Shown here piece after piece: positions 47,898 through 58,515 of a stretch of 64,000 nt of DNA. The notes under the pieces are model-generated. The model saw nothing but the letters and a program-made list of their open reading frames with translations. It did no database searches and was not told the DNA's origin. The stretch comes from Raillietiella orientalis (lineage: Eukaryota). Each line of letters begins with the position of its first letter. Position 1 is the first letter of the stretch. The position numbers were made by a program, and so were the translations under genes. The stretch lies in assembly GCA_036172245.1 (NCBI GenBank), contig JAYWIR010000051.1, positions 434,001 to 498,000 on the forward strand. Direction: 5' to 3'.

Positions 47898-48400
47898 TTT
47901 TCACCCGGTCACGCCGGGGCGTTTATTGATAAACACTTTACATTTGCGGTACTAGGCCCCGCTACGGCCAATATTTCATGGGACCTTCCAGGAAGCCGGT
48001 TCTGAGGCCGGCTTGTCTCTCCTCGGCAGCAGAGGGGATAGAGGGTAAAAAAAAAAAAAAAAAACTGGGGAGTGTGGATGTCTGTTGCATAGAGTGCAGT
48101 GAAAGGTAAATCTTCCCGCATCTTCTAATAGAGTGTGTTTCCCTGCTTGGACTTTGGGATCAACTTTCCTCTATCCTTCATCTTCCAGTAGGCGACCCTA
48201 GGGACATTTACTGACTCCTCTTTCTGCGTGACGGCCTACGCCCCGCTGCGTCCTTAGCAGTCCTCTGCTGTGTTCGCGGCATACTGGCGAGGTGGAACGC
48301 TAGAAGAAAAGGTCAGAGAAGCAGGGACGCCATCCACAGGACGATGGTCTTTTTGGAAACCACGAGAAGGTGACACCACCGACGAAATACGAAAACAGAA
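47898..48400 (-). mobile_element. Decayed 3' end of a related LINE copy
   Basis: Same terminal motif AATAAACGCCCCGGCGTGACCGGGTGAAAA (47898-47927), T-rich UTR, and 'LLEDEG*RKVDPKVQAG' resembling the ORF2 C-terminus. 5' limit approximate. Confidence 0.6.
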
Positions 48401-51400
48401 CTTGTCGGCATCCTGGATAGGATGCAGAGGACCGATCCTGGCGTGTAGTGATCCATTCCTTGCCCCCCCCCCCTCCCCCAAAAAAACCATTCTCCTCCCC
48501 GTTATCCTTCTTTTTGTTTCTTTTTGTTTGGCCTTCCCCTCCCCCTGCGCCTCAGGAGAGGACCTCGCGGGTCTTAGTACCGGGTCACGACAAGTCTTCA
48601 AGCGTGGTAGAACCAAGTGTTCCACCACGATACAAACTTTCTACTGGCTTTATTATGAAATTTTCTAAAAAAATTTAATAATAAATGCCCCTGCGTATCC
48701 GGGTGACAAACATCGGCTGCGGTTGCTGTGACGGACCTTGCCCACGCACCCCCTCCGCCCAGAAGGGTGCCGTCGCGTGCGGTGCTTGGGAAGTTCCAGT
48801 GAAGCCTGGACGGCGGCAACCGCTTCCCGCACCCGGGCGTCTAACGCAGTACCCCCTTGCACCAACGAAGCGGCCCGACCGGTGAGTTCCGACTGCTCTG
48901 CCCGTAGGCAGCAGTCGATTTCCGAGGCGCTCCCTCGCTTTCCTCCGGCAGAGATTCCCTTCCCTGCCCTGCTGCGGCTCGACGTCGGGAGGATCGAGAC
49001 GAGGCGTCTTTCTGGCGCCTTCACGACCGGTGCCGCGTGCCGCGTTCGGGGCAGGCTCCTGCCGCGGGTGGCGGCACGGAGGAAGCAACAGGAGAGTGCC
49101 GAGGGAAACGAAGGTAACAGCCCCAAGGGGAGGGGGGGGGCTGCAGAAGGGAAACACATCCTGCATCCCTTCGGAGTCCGAGCCGCCCCCTGCCGGGAAG
49201 TGGTGGACACGCCTCCAGTGGGCTTTCAGGCGGAGTCCCAGAAAAATCCTTGAGCGCGGAGACTGCCAGAGCCTGCGATTGCTTCCTTCGAGCGGGCAGT
49301 GGGCGTTGGCCTCCCCCCTGCTCGTTGCCAGGAAGGAAGCAGAGGTGCAGCCGGGCCGGGCCGGGTGGCGGCGGGCTTGCCTCAGCCTACTGCTCCCGTA
49401 GGATCGGCAGCCCGCCGAAGAGGCGAAGAGGGCAGCCGGGCGAAGGAGGCAGCTGAGGAAGCCGGTGGGCGCCTTCCAGAAGATGGAACGGCAGTCCCAC
49501 TGTCACTCTACGTCTGACGCATCTCGCAGAGTCCTCTGTGTTTACCGGGATTGACCCGCGGAGCGCTCGTGGACCGGGCAGTCCAAGCGCTGCCCCCACC
49601 CCCTCATCCCGCTGCGCTGAGGGAAGAAGGAGTAGGCAGGGCGCGCGGACTCGCCCTCGTCCTCTTCGCCTCCTCCCTCTTCTCTTGGAGAATGAGAGCG
49701 GCCCAGCCCGCACCCGAGGTGTCTCCACGCGGCCATGCAGACAGAGAGCTATTTTTAGAACCCCCGGCGAACCCCACCTCGCGACTATGAATGCGAAATT
49801 CGGGAGGGAGGAGGTATTTTCGTTCCCCTCCTCCGCTAATTGAAATCTCGGAGCCTCCCCCGAGGGGACCGCCGCCCGCCCGTGCGCCACGCGGCGGCTG
49901 GCAAAGGAGAGCAGTGCGGCGCGCAGCACCTCCCGCCGCCGCGTTTCCGTCGTGACGTACGCGCCGCGGCGGCCGGCGCTCGAGCGACACGACTCAGTCT
50001 GCCGGCCCCTTCAGCAGCCGCACGAATGAACCCATTTCCAGCCCCCTCCCCCCTCCCCCGCTTCTTCCCCTGGGGGATCACCTGATGCGCCGCGTGGCCC
50101 CCCGCGCCGGAAGCAGGATCCACGGTGGGAGGCGTGGACCCTGCTTCCGGGAACGAAGGTGTCAGCACCGACAACGCCGCCGCCGACACGCGCGGACGAG
50201 TGCGCTTGAGGGTGCCGGGAGGAAAGGCAGAGGGGGGTAGGAAGACGAGGGCGTGGAGTGCCTCCAGCTCCTGCCCCCGTGCTCTCCGACGCACACATCA
50301 GGCGTATGGTGGAGGGGGGGCTCATCAGCTGTGCCCTTTCCGGGGCGACCCGACCAGGCAAGAGCGGTTACGAAATCCTCTGGGAGAATGCCATCGGCCG
50401 GTACTGCGAGGGCACCGTCCTGCGCCAGCGGTCGCTGCTCGAGCGAGGATCCCTTCCAGCGGGTCGTGTCCTCCCGTTGCAGGTGCGCGCCACCCGAAGG
50501 GGCGTGTCCGGCGTCCGGGAACAGCTCATCCAATGGCGCCGTCCCGGGGCACCCTATGGCGCGCCTTCCGACGCGGGCACCGCTCTGAGAAAAGCGCCAG
50601 GAACATTCGTCCCCCCCGGCGGGTTGCCCCGGAAACGGCCTCGAGGAGGAAAAGTCGGAACTCGGCGCCGCGCCTCCGCCTGCTCTGAGGCCGACGCCTG
50701 GCAGCGCGGAAGTTCGAACCGAGTCGCCCCGAAGAGGGCGCCCAAACGCGGGCAGCAGCAGGGCGAGAGGTCGTTTGAAGGCGGGAGCTACAGGATGGCT
50801 GGTCCAACTCACGCAGCCTCATCTCGCCTCCTCTTCTTCCTGGGGTCTTCGCTTGCCGCCGGAGAGGCGCCCATTACCAGTCGGACGACAGGAGGTCCCA
50901 AATCGGGATCCACACTCGAAGTAAGGGGAGACCCTTCGGCCTCCATCAGCTGCGCGGCACTTCCTGTCCGGCCCCGACGCTGCGTGACCTACCCTCCAAG
51001 AGCCTTCCACCATCAGGGACCTCAGTGGAGGGACAGGAGAGGCAGGCCGAAATGGCAGCGCTACGCCCCCGGCGACACGGCTGCCGGGCGCCCGAGGGCC
51101 TTCCTAGGCCGCGGAGGCCTCGCTGATGTCACGGGACGAGTCCACCCTCGCGCGCCGACCGGCGGCAGGGTGGCCAACGTCTCCGCAAGGCAGGAGCGTT
51201 CCTTGGGCGGCCCGGCTGGGGAGAGATGACCCAGGGCAGGCGAGTAGCCGGCTCTGTCTTCGGGCGATCCCGTGCACCCGGTCGGCGCAGTGCGCTGCGT
51301 CGTCCCACGTGGGGCGTCGGCTTCCTTCCACCGGCGCCGTTGGGAGGATCCTCCTCGCCAAGTGACGCGCGATCTGCAGAGACCTGGAGAGTGATGCCCC

Positions 51401-51453
51401 GCACGAGCAGGTGCCGGAGGGGTGGACTGAAAAGAGGAAGCGGCCGTCGCCTT

Positions 51454-51846
51454 TTATTCGCCGCCGTCCCCCTGCCGTTGGGGCATCAGCGCCACCGGAG
51501 CATCCACGTCCGCGGGCGGCGGCCCGTCCAGCGCGCAGTGGATGCTGAACGTCGATGGCGATTCGATGATGAAGATCTCCTGCTTGTAGTCCATGACTCG
51601 GCAGTTCCTCTGCTTGTGGGTGTACTCGTCAATCGCCCGCACGACCTCGGGCACCCTGGTGGTGCCGCAAATGTCAGCCAGCTCGTCTTTGTACGCCCAC
51701 TGCAGCTTCCCCAACCGGTGCTCCCGGTCCTCCTCCGGAAAGCTTAGACATCGCCGCATCAGCCGGTCATCCTCGATGGCCACCAGCATCTCCTCCTTCG
51801 AGGGCAGCAGCTCCGGATGCTCCAGCACGAACAGGAAGTACAGCAC
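51454..51846 (-). CDS. FMO: FMO exon 6 (VLYFLFV...LPSKEEM...GGE*)
   Basis: ccgcag| acceptor; 'LPSKEEM' FMO motif; TAA at 51454-51456. Confidence 0.93.
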   Translation of the reverse strand: MLYFLFVLEHPELLPSKEEMLVAIEDDRLMRRCLSFPEEDREHRLGKLQWAYKDELADICGTTRVPEVVRAIDEYTHKQRNCRVMDYKQEIFIIESPSTFSIHCALDGPPPADVDAPVALMPQRQGDGGE

Positions 51847-54800
51847 CTGCGGCACACAGGCAGCGGACATGCGACTGAAGGAGCAGGGGGAGGGAGAAAG
51901 GTCAGGGATCGACCCGCTCTGCACGCTTCGGAAACGCAGGACGAGGGAGGGAACGCACGCGCGCCGGTCCGAGCGACGGCATTTGACCGCCGGCGTTCCC
52001 GGTGGTAGCGGAGTAAGGGAAGAGAGGCGGAGGCGGAGATGACGGAAACCCAGGAGCGCCACCGTCGCGTGCGAAGAGCCGTCCGGCAGCTTCCGGCGCG
52101 GGACCGCGGCCAGCTGACTTCGGCAGAGGCTTTCCCCACTTGGCGTCGCCGTCCGTCCGCTGCCACCCACCCCGCGTCCCCCGCAGCCGCTTCATGCCCA
52201 CGAAGCTTGAAGCGGCAGGGTTCCCCTCATCGTCGTCACCATCATCTATTTACTCTCCTACCTCCCTCCCTTCTTCCTCCTCCCACACCCTTCTTCCTTC
52301 TCCCCACTTCCTCCTCTTCTTCCTCCCAGACTTCCTCTTTCCTTTCTCTTCCTCCTCCCCCTTCATTCCTTCCTCACCCTGGAGCTCAGGAGGAGGACAC
52401 ACGAGCGCCCGAAGGGTTGGTCCCGGCGACCTACTGTTGCGGGCGCGCGGTGCCGGCATTCGAGTGGGGATGGCTGGGAAGGGTGGGGCGAAAAGGGCTC
52501 ACCTGGTAATGGAAGAGGGGGAAGGGCACCGCTTGGGAGTTGATCCCAATGACCGCCATGCTGCAGTTCTCTGCGTTGACCACGTGCCGGAACAGTGGAA
52601 AGACGTTCTTGCCGGTGACCCGCAGACCGCACTCCGGCGACAGGAAGGACAGGTTGACCAAGTAGCCGGTGCAGAGGATGAAGGCGTCCACCCGCACGCG
52701 GCGGTCGTCCGCGGTCAGCAGCTGCTCGCCCTCCACGCGGACCACCTCCCGGATATTCTCCACGTTCTCTGGGAAAGGGGAAGCGTTGAAGGGCTCCCGC
52801 TGGCTCAGGTACACCTGCGGTGAAGGAGGAGAGTGGAGGGGGTCCGCAGGGCCGGGACCGAGGAGGCTCCCAGCCCGGGGGCCGCACCGGAACGCCTCTC
52901 CCGGGAAGAGCGTGCCACTCCGGTCTCCAAGGTCAACCGGAATTTCCAGCGGCAGGGCGGCGGGTCGTGGGAGGCTCGCGACCTTCGAGGGGGGTGCGGA
53001 GGCAGGTCGGGTGCGGTCACCATCGTCATGGCAGATGCGCGACCTCGGCCCCTCGGGTCGGACTCTTCGGCACTCGACCAGGGACGAGACTCACCTTCTT
53101 GGCGCTGTGGCTCAGCTCCATGGTGATGTCAACTCCGGAATAGCCGCCTCCAAGACAAAGGACCACCTGCCCCTCGAAGGGCTCCGGGTGCCTGTAGTCA
53201 TGGCTATGCAGGAGCGTGCCGGGGAAGGTCCGTAGCCCCGGCAACTCCGGCCAGTAGGGCGTCGAGTAGTGCCTAATGGCCGCCCACAGGGGAAACGCCG
53301 CGTGAGCAGGAGGAGCATCCCGAGCAGGGGGGAGGGGAGAACGAATTGCGTGGAGAGCGGCGAGGCGGGTGGGTCCAAAAAGACGCGGCCGGAATGACCG
53401 CCTCGAACCGCCCACTCCCGGAAGGACGGCAGCGCACACGGAAGGAAGGAGGAAGGGAAGGGTGCGCACGCTTATTCCAGGAGCGGGATCCCCTCCTCTT
53501 CCCTACCCCCACTCTCGAGCATCTGGGAGGGGCCCACAAGCGGGTGGCCAAGCCATCTGGGTGGCGTGTGGGCGAGGGAGAAGCAGCTGCCGCCCGCTCC
53601 CACGCATGTTCCACTCAGGAGCGGCACGCCCTTCCCCGGTCCGGCACCCTTCGCGGTTCCAGGAGCAGCAGGGCGACACTAACGCCCTCCGAAGGTGAAA
53701 TTCGCGCCCGGCGGCTCCTTCGCTGCCCGCCGCCGCGAAAGGGCGGAACAGGGTGTGCCCCTCAGAACTGCCGGGGCAGGATGGGGGGGCCTTCGAAAAC
53801 CGTCCCGCCCTCCCCGAATGGTCCCCGCCGGACACTGGGCGCAGGACTACTGCGAGAAGTCCCGCGGTTCGCCCACCTACACGGGCGGAGAGGGTCGCGC
53901 CCGTGCGAGTCGCATCACTGTGCCCGGCGCGCATCTGAAAGCGGCGGGACCAGCAGGACCGCCCGCGAGTCGGGAAATTGGGCCCGCGAAGGCGCGTCTA
54001 CGCCCACGCTTTGCCAACCGCGCGAGTGGAAGACTTCCCTGTCCCACCGCCCTTCCTGCAGGGCTTGTAAGCGAAAGTGGCGCTTCCGGTGATGAAGAGC
54101 GCTGAAAACAAACGACTCATCCGTCGAAAAAGGAACCCTCCCGATGGACGCTAGTGGATGAGGCGCCCATCGGATGCTCATCCACTATCTATAGCCGCAT
54201 CTCCCCCCCCCCCGTATCTCAATGTTTCCTAGGAAAACGGATACGGAATTGCAGAGACGCCATTCCTTGCAACTCGCGAGATGTCGCCTCGACCTCCTTG
54301 CCCCGACATCTAACGAGAAGGATTCGAACTTTACTACCATGTCGATTTCCCTGGTAGATGGAAAGAGATCCGTGCTGGACGTGTAGGTGGCTCCGCCATG
54401 TTGCGTTGCGAAGTGTCTCGTGATTGCGCGGTCAGGAAGTTCACGGACCCTATGAGATGGTGGCTGCTTCTGCCACCGCATCCCATATCTCCCTCACCCT
54501 TTCCGGATGGATCCGCCGTTCTCAAGAGTCCTCACCCAACGGCTCGTCAATCCCAAACTTGCAGGACATCCCGTCCCAACCGACGCGACACAGCTCCCTC
54601 AGATAAGTGTTGGTGTCCGTCAAGCGAAAGGAGGTTCACCTGAAGGACACCTGCAACTGTTTCGAGATCCTCGCTTCCCATCTCACATCATGTGACTGAA
54701 AAGTACCTACCAAAAGGAATGCCTGTGCAAATGCTTCTCGGTGGAGCTATAAGCAAAGAAAAAAAAAATTGGCAAGCGTGGATTCCTTAGGCAGAGAACA

Positions 54801-56143
54801 GCCTCCGTATCCCTGACAGCCTGCGCCGTGCGTGGCTCTCCCTTTTTTGCCTGTGGACCTGGCAGCTTGCTCACGGCAGGCAAACACTATGGGCGATATT
54901 TTTAGCGATACAAAACCTCGTCGCGAGATGGCGCGCTCACATGCAGGTCTTCGTTCCTAACAAGAGATGGCGCACACGGCAGCAGCAGCAACGCCATCCT
55001 GTTGCACATACGTGTGTGTGTGTGTGTGTGAACGCGCGCTCCCAGGAAACACCCGCCAGCATCTCAAAGGAAAGCAGGAAGCGGAACCGAGACGTGGGGG
55101 GGGGGGGAGTGGAGGAGGAAGCGCGCGCACAGAGTGTGTTCCTGCGGAAAACGAACCCTTTCACGGAGGGTGCAGATTTGTTGCAGATGCCGCGCGAGAT
55201 TTGCGACTTTCCGAGCGCCGACGCCAAAAATGGATGAATGAAGAATGCCGACGAGACGGGACTTCCTCATCCCACCCACGCTTCCTTGACGCTGCGGATG
55301 GCAGGCCGGGATGCCACCAATCGGACGGATACCTTCCACTCCCGTGGCAGGCGCCCTGCACATTCCGTGAAACTGCGGAGATCGCGATGTACACAAATCG
55401 CCCTTGGCGCAAGTGCGTGGTTCAGGAGAGATCGGGAACCCTCTCGTCTCCCACGCGCGTGGCTCTCTCCCTGGCACCCTCGTGGTTGCCAAGCCCGCAA
55501 CGGGATGGTGCGCAGGTTCGCTTTGGGGAGGACCAAGACTCGTACTACCCCGAGCATATCAGCACCGCGTCGAAGACCTCGTCGACGTCCTCCTCGCTCA
55601 CGGTGTCTCTGGACGTCACCATCCACCTGGGGTACCTGGGGTGATGCGTGCCGTCGTCCTCAAGAGGGCGGACATGAACAACGCGGCGCCGGAACTGGAA
55701 GGAGCAGAAGGCGAATGGGCACCGCGCATCCCCCGTCGGAAGTTCACCTTGATGTAGCCTCCGAGTCGGAAGTGGTCGGCATAGCTGCGCAGGTACTCCA
55801 AAACCTTCGTGTGGTGAGGAAAGCAATCGCGGGGGCAGACGAAGGGATAATCCGGAAAGCCCATCACCTCCCTCGGAATGTTGGTCCTGGCAACGACTCA
55901 ACGCAGGTCCAGGGAGGGGGCGGGCGGGACACGGAGATCCCCGTACCTGAGGTTCTGGTACATGCTCGAGTGCACGGGTGTGCCCTCGCGGTCGGAGTCG
56001 CGCTCCGTCTCGTCGGTGTACACCCACGTACCGCCGACAGCATCGCCCTGCTCGTACGCTACGGTCTGGAAGCCGTGCCTTCCGGCAAAGTGCCGGAGGG
56101 CGGCCAGCCCGGCGGCGCCGCACCCGATGATCAGCACCTGCAT
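51454..56143 (-). CDS. FMO: Flavin-containing monooxygenase (class B FMO, soluble GS-OX/insect-type), 454 aa, 6 exons
   Basis: Exons 56143-55947, 55886-55748, 55694-55549, 53272-53095, 52814-52503 and 51846-51454 sum to 1365 nt in frame. Motifs: FAD GCGAAG, GGTW, SSMYQNLRTN, FMO signature FPGTLLHSHDY, NADPH GGGYSG, LCTGY. Confidence 0.96.
52503..52814 (-). CDS. FMO: FMO exon 5 (VYLSQR...LCTGY...FHYQ)
   Basis: ccgcag| acceptor; CAG|gtgagc donor; 312 nt. Confidence 0.95.
53095..53272 (-). CDS. FMO: FMO exon 4 (HYSTPYWP...FPGTLLHSHDY...GGGYSG...AKK)
   Basis: attag| acceptor; AAG|gtgagt donor. Confidence 0.95.
55549..55694 (-). CDS. FMO: FMO exon 3 (FRRRVVHV...FDAVLICSG)
   Basis: 53-nt upstream intron; donor GG|gtagta, phase 2. 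Confidence 0.93.
55748..55886 (-). CDS. FMO: FMO exon 2 (TNIPREVMGFPDYPF...YIK)
   Basis: 60-nt upstream intron; donor AAG|gtgaac. Confidence 0.95.
55947..56143 (-). CDS. FMO: FMO exon 1 (MQVLIIGCGAAG...MYQNLR)
   Basis: aagATG start; donor AG|gtacgg; phase 2. Confidence 0.93.
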
Positions 56144-57431
56144 CTTCGTCGTCGTCGTCGCACAACGAGTCCTCCTCTTCCCGCTCTCTCTCTCTCTCTC
56201 TCCTTGCTCGAGGAAGAAGCAGACGGCCTGTCGGGATGGCAGCACTGTCAGGGATTCTTTGAAAAAGGAAGCCAATGCTCGCCACCCGCTTTGCAGGGCT
56301 AGGAGGGAAGTGGGGGGAGGCGCGCGCGCACTTCCTGCGAGTGGGTGAGGGGTAGGAAAGAGGGAGGCCACCGGTCGCGCGCGAGCGAGTACAGAGAGGG
56401 AAAGAGAGAGAGGCAAGAAGCAGGGACAAAGAGCAGTTTCTACGACTAGGCGCTAGATGGCAGGCGACTCCAACGGCGCCAGAGCCTCCGCCGCTGGGAA
56501 AGGAAGCGAGGAAAAGCAGGAGGCAGAGAGCTGGAGAGGAAAGGGGGGAGGGGAGGGGAGGAGGGGAGCAGTGGGGAAGCGCAGCAACACAGCAGCAGCA
56601 GCGACACCTCTCGCGTGTTGCGGAAGACGCGCAGGGGCAGGGCAGACGAGACAAAAAGACTCCCGAAGAACAAGCCGATCCAGACTGGGGAAACGCCTCC
56701 GCAGGTGCGCTCCGGGCAGGTCGCTCCTGGGGTACGGGCCTCACGGGAATCCTGGAAAAACCGCCTGGCAGCAGCACGATTTCGTCTACGGGAGTGGGCG
56801 GATTTACCCGCCGCCGCCATGGACACGCGCTACCACCGGAAGTCAAGAGAGAAGAACAGTGCCGAGCTCGTCCAAGCCACACTCGCCCCACTAAGAGGAA
56901 GAGGAAACCTGCACCACGTATCCCAAAGGAAGAGGAACCAGCTGGTCCGTGTTTCGGAGAGAGGAAATTGCCCTTCGCGCGCGCGCAAAAAAGGGAGACT
57001 GGGCACGTGATGTAGGGGGAGGGGGGGAGAAAGAGGGCAACACGATCCAATGACACGCGCGCCCACCCTTGCGGAGAGAACTGCAACCTTGTCGGCACAG
57101 AACGCCTCCGGAACCGGACGAACCACTGCCCCCCCCCCCCTCTCTCCCTCTCTCTCCCCCGCAGTGAGGCCGCCAGCCAGACTGCCGTCTGGAGGCAGCC
57201 TTCGGGGACGGAGCGTTCCTGTCTGGAGTCCACGCGGGAGCTTGACGGGGCGGTCGAAAGCGCCGTGTGAAAGGCGCGCACGCGCGAAGATGACGTGAAG
57301 AACGACAGCCAGCCGCCTGCTGCTGCCTGACTTCCCCCCCCGCGCCGTGAGTCATCCCCCTGTGCCGCCGCCGCCATGGCAACACCACTTTCGGAAAGGC
57401 CGACCCAGCAAGAGGCCACGCGGTTCGCGCG

Positions 57432-57462
57432 GTTTTATTTATAGCACCGTTTTATTTATAGC
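57432..57462 (-). promoter_or_regulatory. Tandemly duplicated TATA box, likely FMO promoter
   Basis: GCTATAAATAAAAC occurs twice (57432-57445, 57449-57462) as an AT island in GC-rich DNA, pointing toward FMO. Confidence 0.55.
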
Positions 57463-57684
57463 CCCGTCCGCCCCGAATGCGCTCCGCAGCTAGGCGCCAC
57501 CTGCGATCGAAGTGCGCCCCCGTCTCCATGGCGAGCAGCGAAGCGCGCGCGCCTGCGCACGGGTGCGAGCTCGAGCGCGCCCCTCGCGGCGGGAGGAGGA
57601 ACCGCGCGTCGCGACGGTCGGACGCTGTTCGGGGAGGGGCGAATCTTCCGGTCGCTGCTGCTTGCGCGCGCACGCGCGCCCAAG

Positions 57685-57698
57685 ATGGCGGCGCTCTG
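57685..57698 (+). CDS. Putative first coding micro-exon of an unidentified divergent gene (MAAL+TG)
   Basis: CAAGATGGCGGC (YY1/Kozak-type) followed by TG|GTAAGG donor; downstream exons not identified. Confidence 0.35.
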
Positions 57699-58501
57699 GT
57701 AAGGCCGAGCGCCGCGGCAGGGCGACACGCTGGTCCGGTGCGGAGGCGCTGCGCTGCAGGCGGAACGCACTCCCCGTCTCTGTTCACCGAACACGCGCGG
57801 CGACTTCCGTTTCCTGTGGCGACCGCCGGAAAGCTTCGCGCGCACGCACCCTCCCGGGACGCCGGAGGGCAAGGCAGAGGCGGCGCTGGGAGAGGCTTTG
57901 GGAAGGAAGGGCGGCACGGTCCTGGCGGGGGTCCACCCTTCCCAGGCCGTCGTCGTGCGGGCGTGAGCCCCAGGGCGAGGTTGCGTCCTCGTTTCGTGCG
58001 ACCGCCCGTTGACCATCGCGACGGGCGGATCACCACCTGGTCACCCTTCGCTCGCCTCCGGCGTGGGCGTGGTGGACACGGTCGTCGCAGCGACAGTTGG
58101 CAAGGAAGGCGAGCGTCTGCTTTGTCAACTTCCCGAAGGGAAACTGGCAAAGCTCTGCCCCTGGCGCCGCGGGTTGCCGTGGCGCGGCGCCAGGATACCG
58201 TGCTGGCGCTTTTCGGATACGCGAGCGTCGCGCCCCAGGAGGCAGCCGCACCGAAACTCCGGGCGGTGCAGCCGGGGCTCCTCTGCGCATCAAGGCTGAG
58301 GTTTCGTCACGAGTCTGCCATCTGCTGGCGCTAACGGGAGGGAGCCAATGCGAGCTTCTTCCTGAAGAAACCCGCCTCGCCGTTCTTCCAGTTTGAGTGG
58401 AGGTCCCCCTCCCTCCCCCTTCCTTCTACAAAAGAAAAAAAAAATATCGAACGCGCTTTTTCCCATACGCACAGCTTTTTCGTTCGTCGGGAGGCTGAGA
58501 G

Positions 58502-58515
58502 GTTCCCATGGCAAC
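58502..58515. promoter_or_regulatory. RFX X-box motif GTTCCCATGGCAAC
   Basis: Matches X-box consensus GTHNYYATRRNAAC; a similar site GTTGCCACGGCAAC lies at 27517-27530. Confidence 0.4.

Noticed and set aside
54100..54770. Possible decayed LINE 3' end with A tail in FMO intron 3
   Set aside because: Similarity too weak to support without a search.
55545..57419. 624-aa ORF as a single-exon gene
   Set aside because: Only its last ~49 codons are real (FMO exon 3); it passes through FMO exons 1-2 out of frame.
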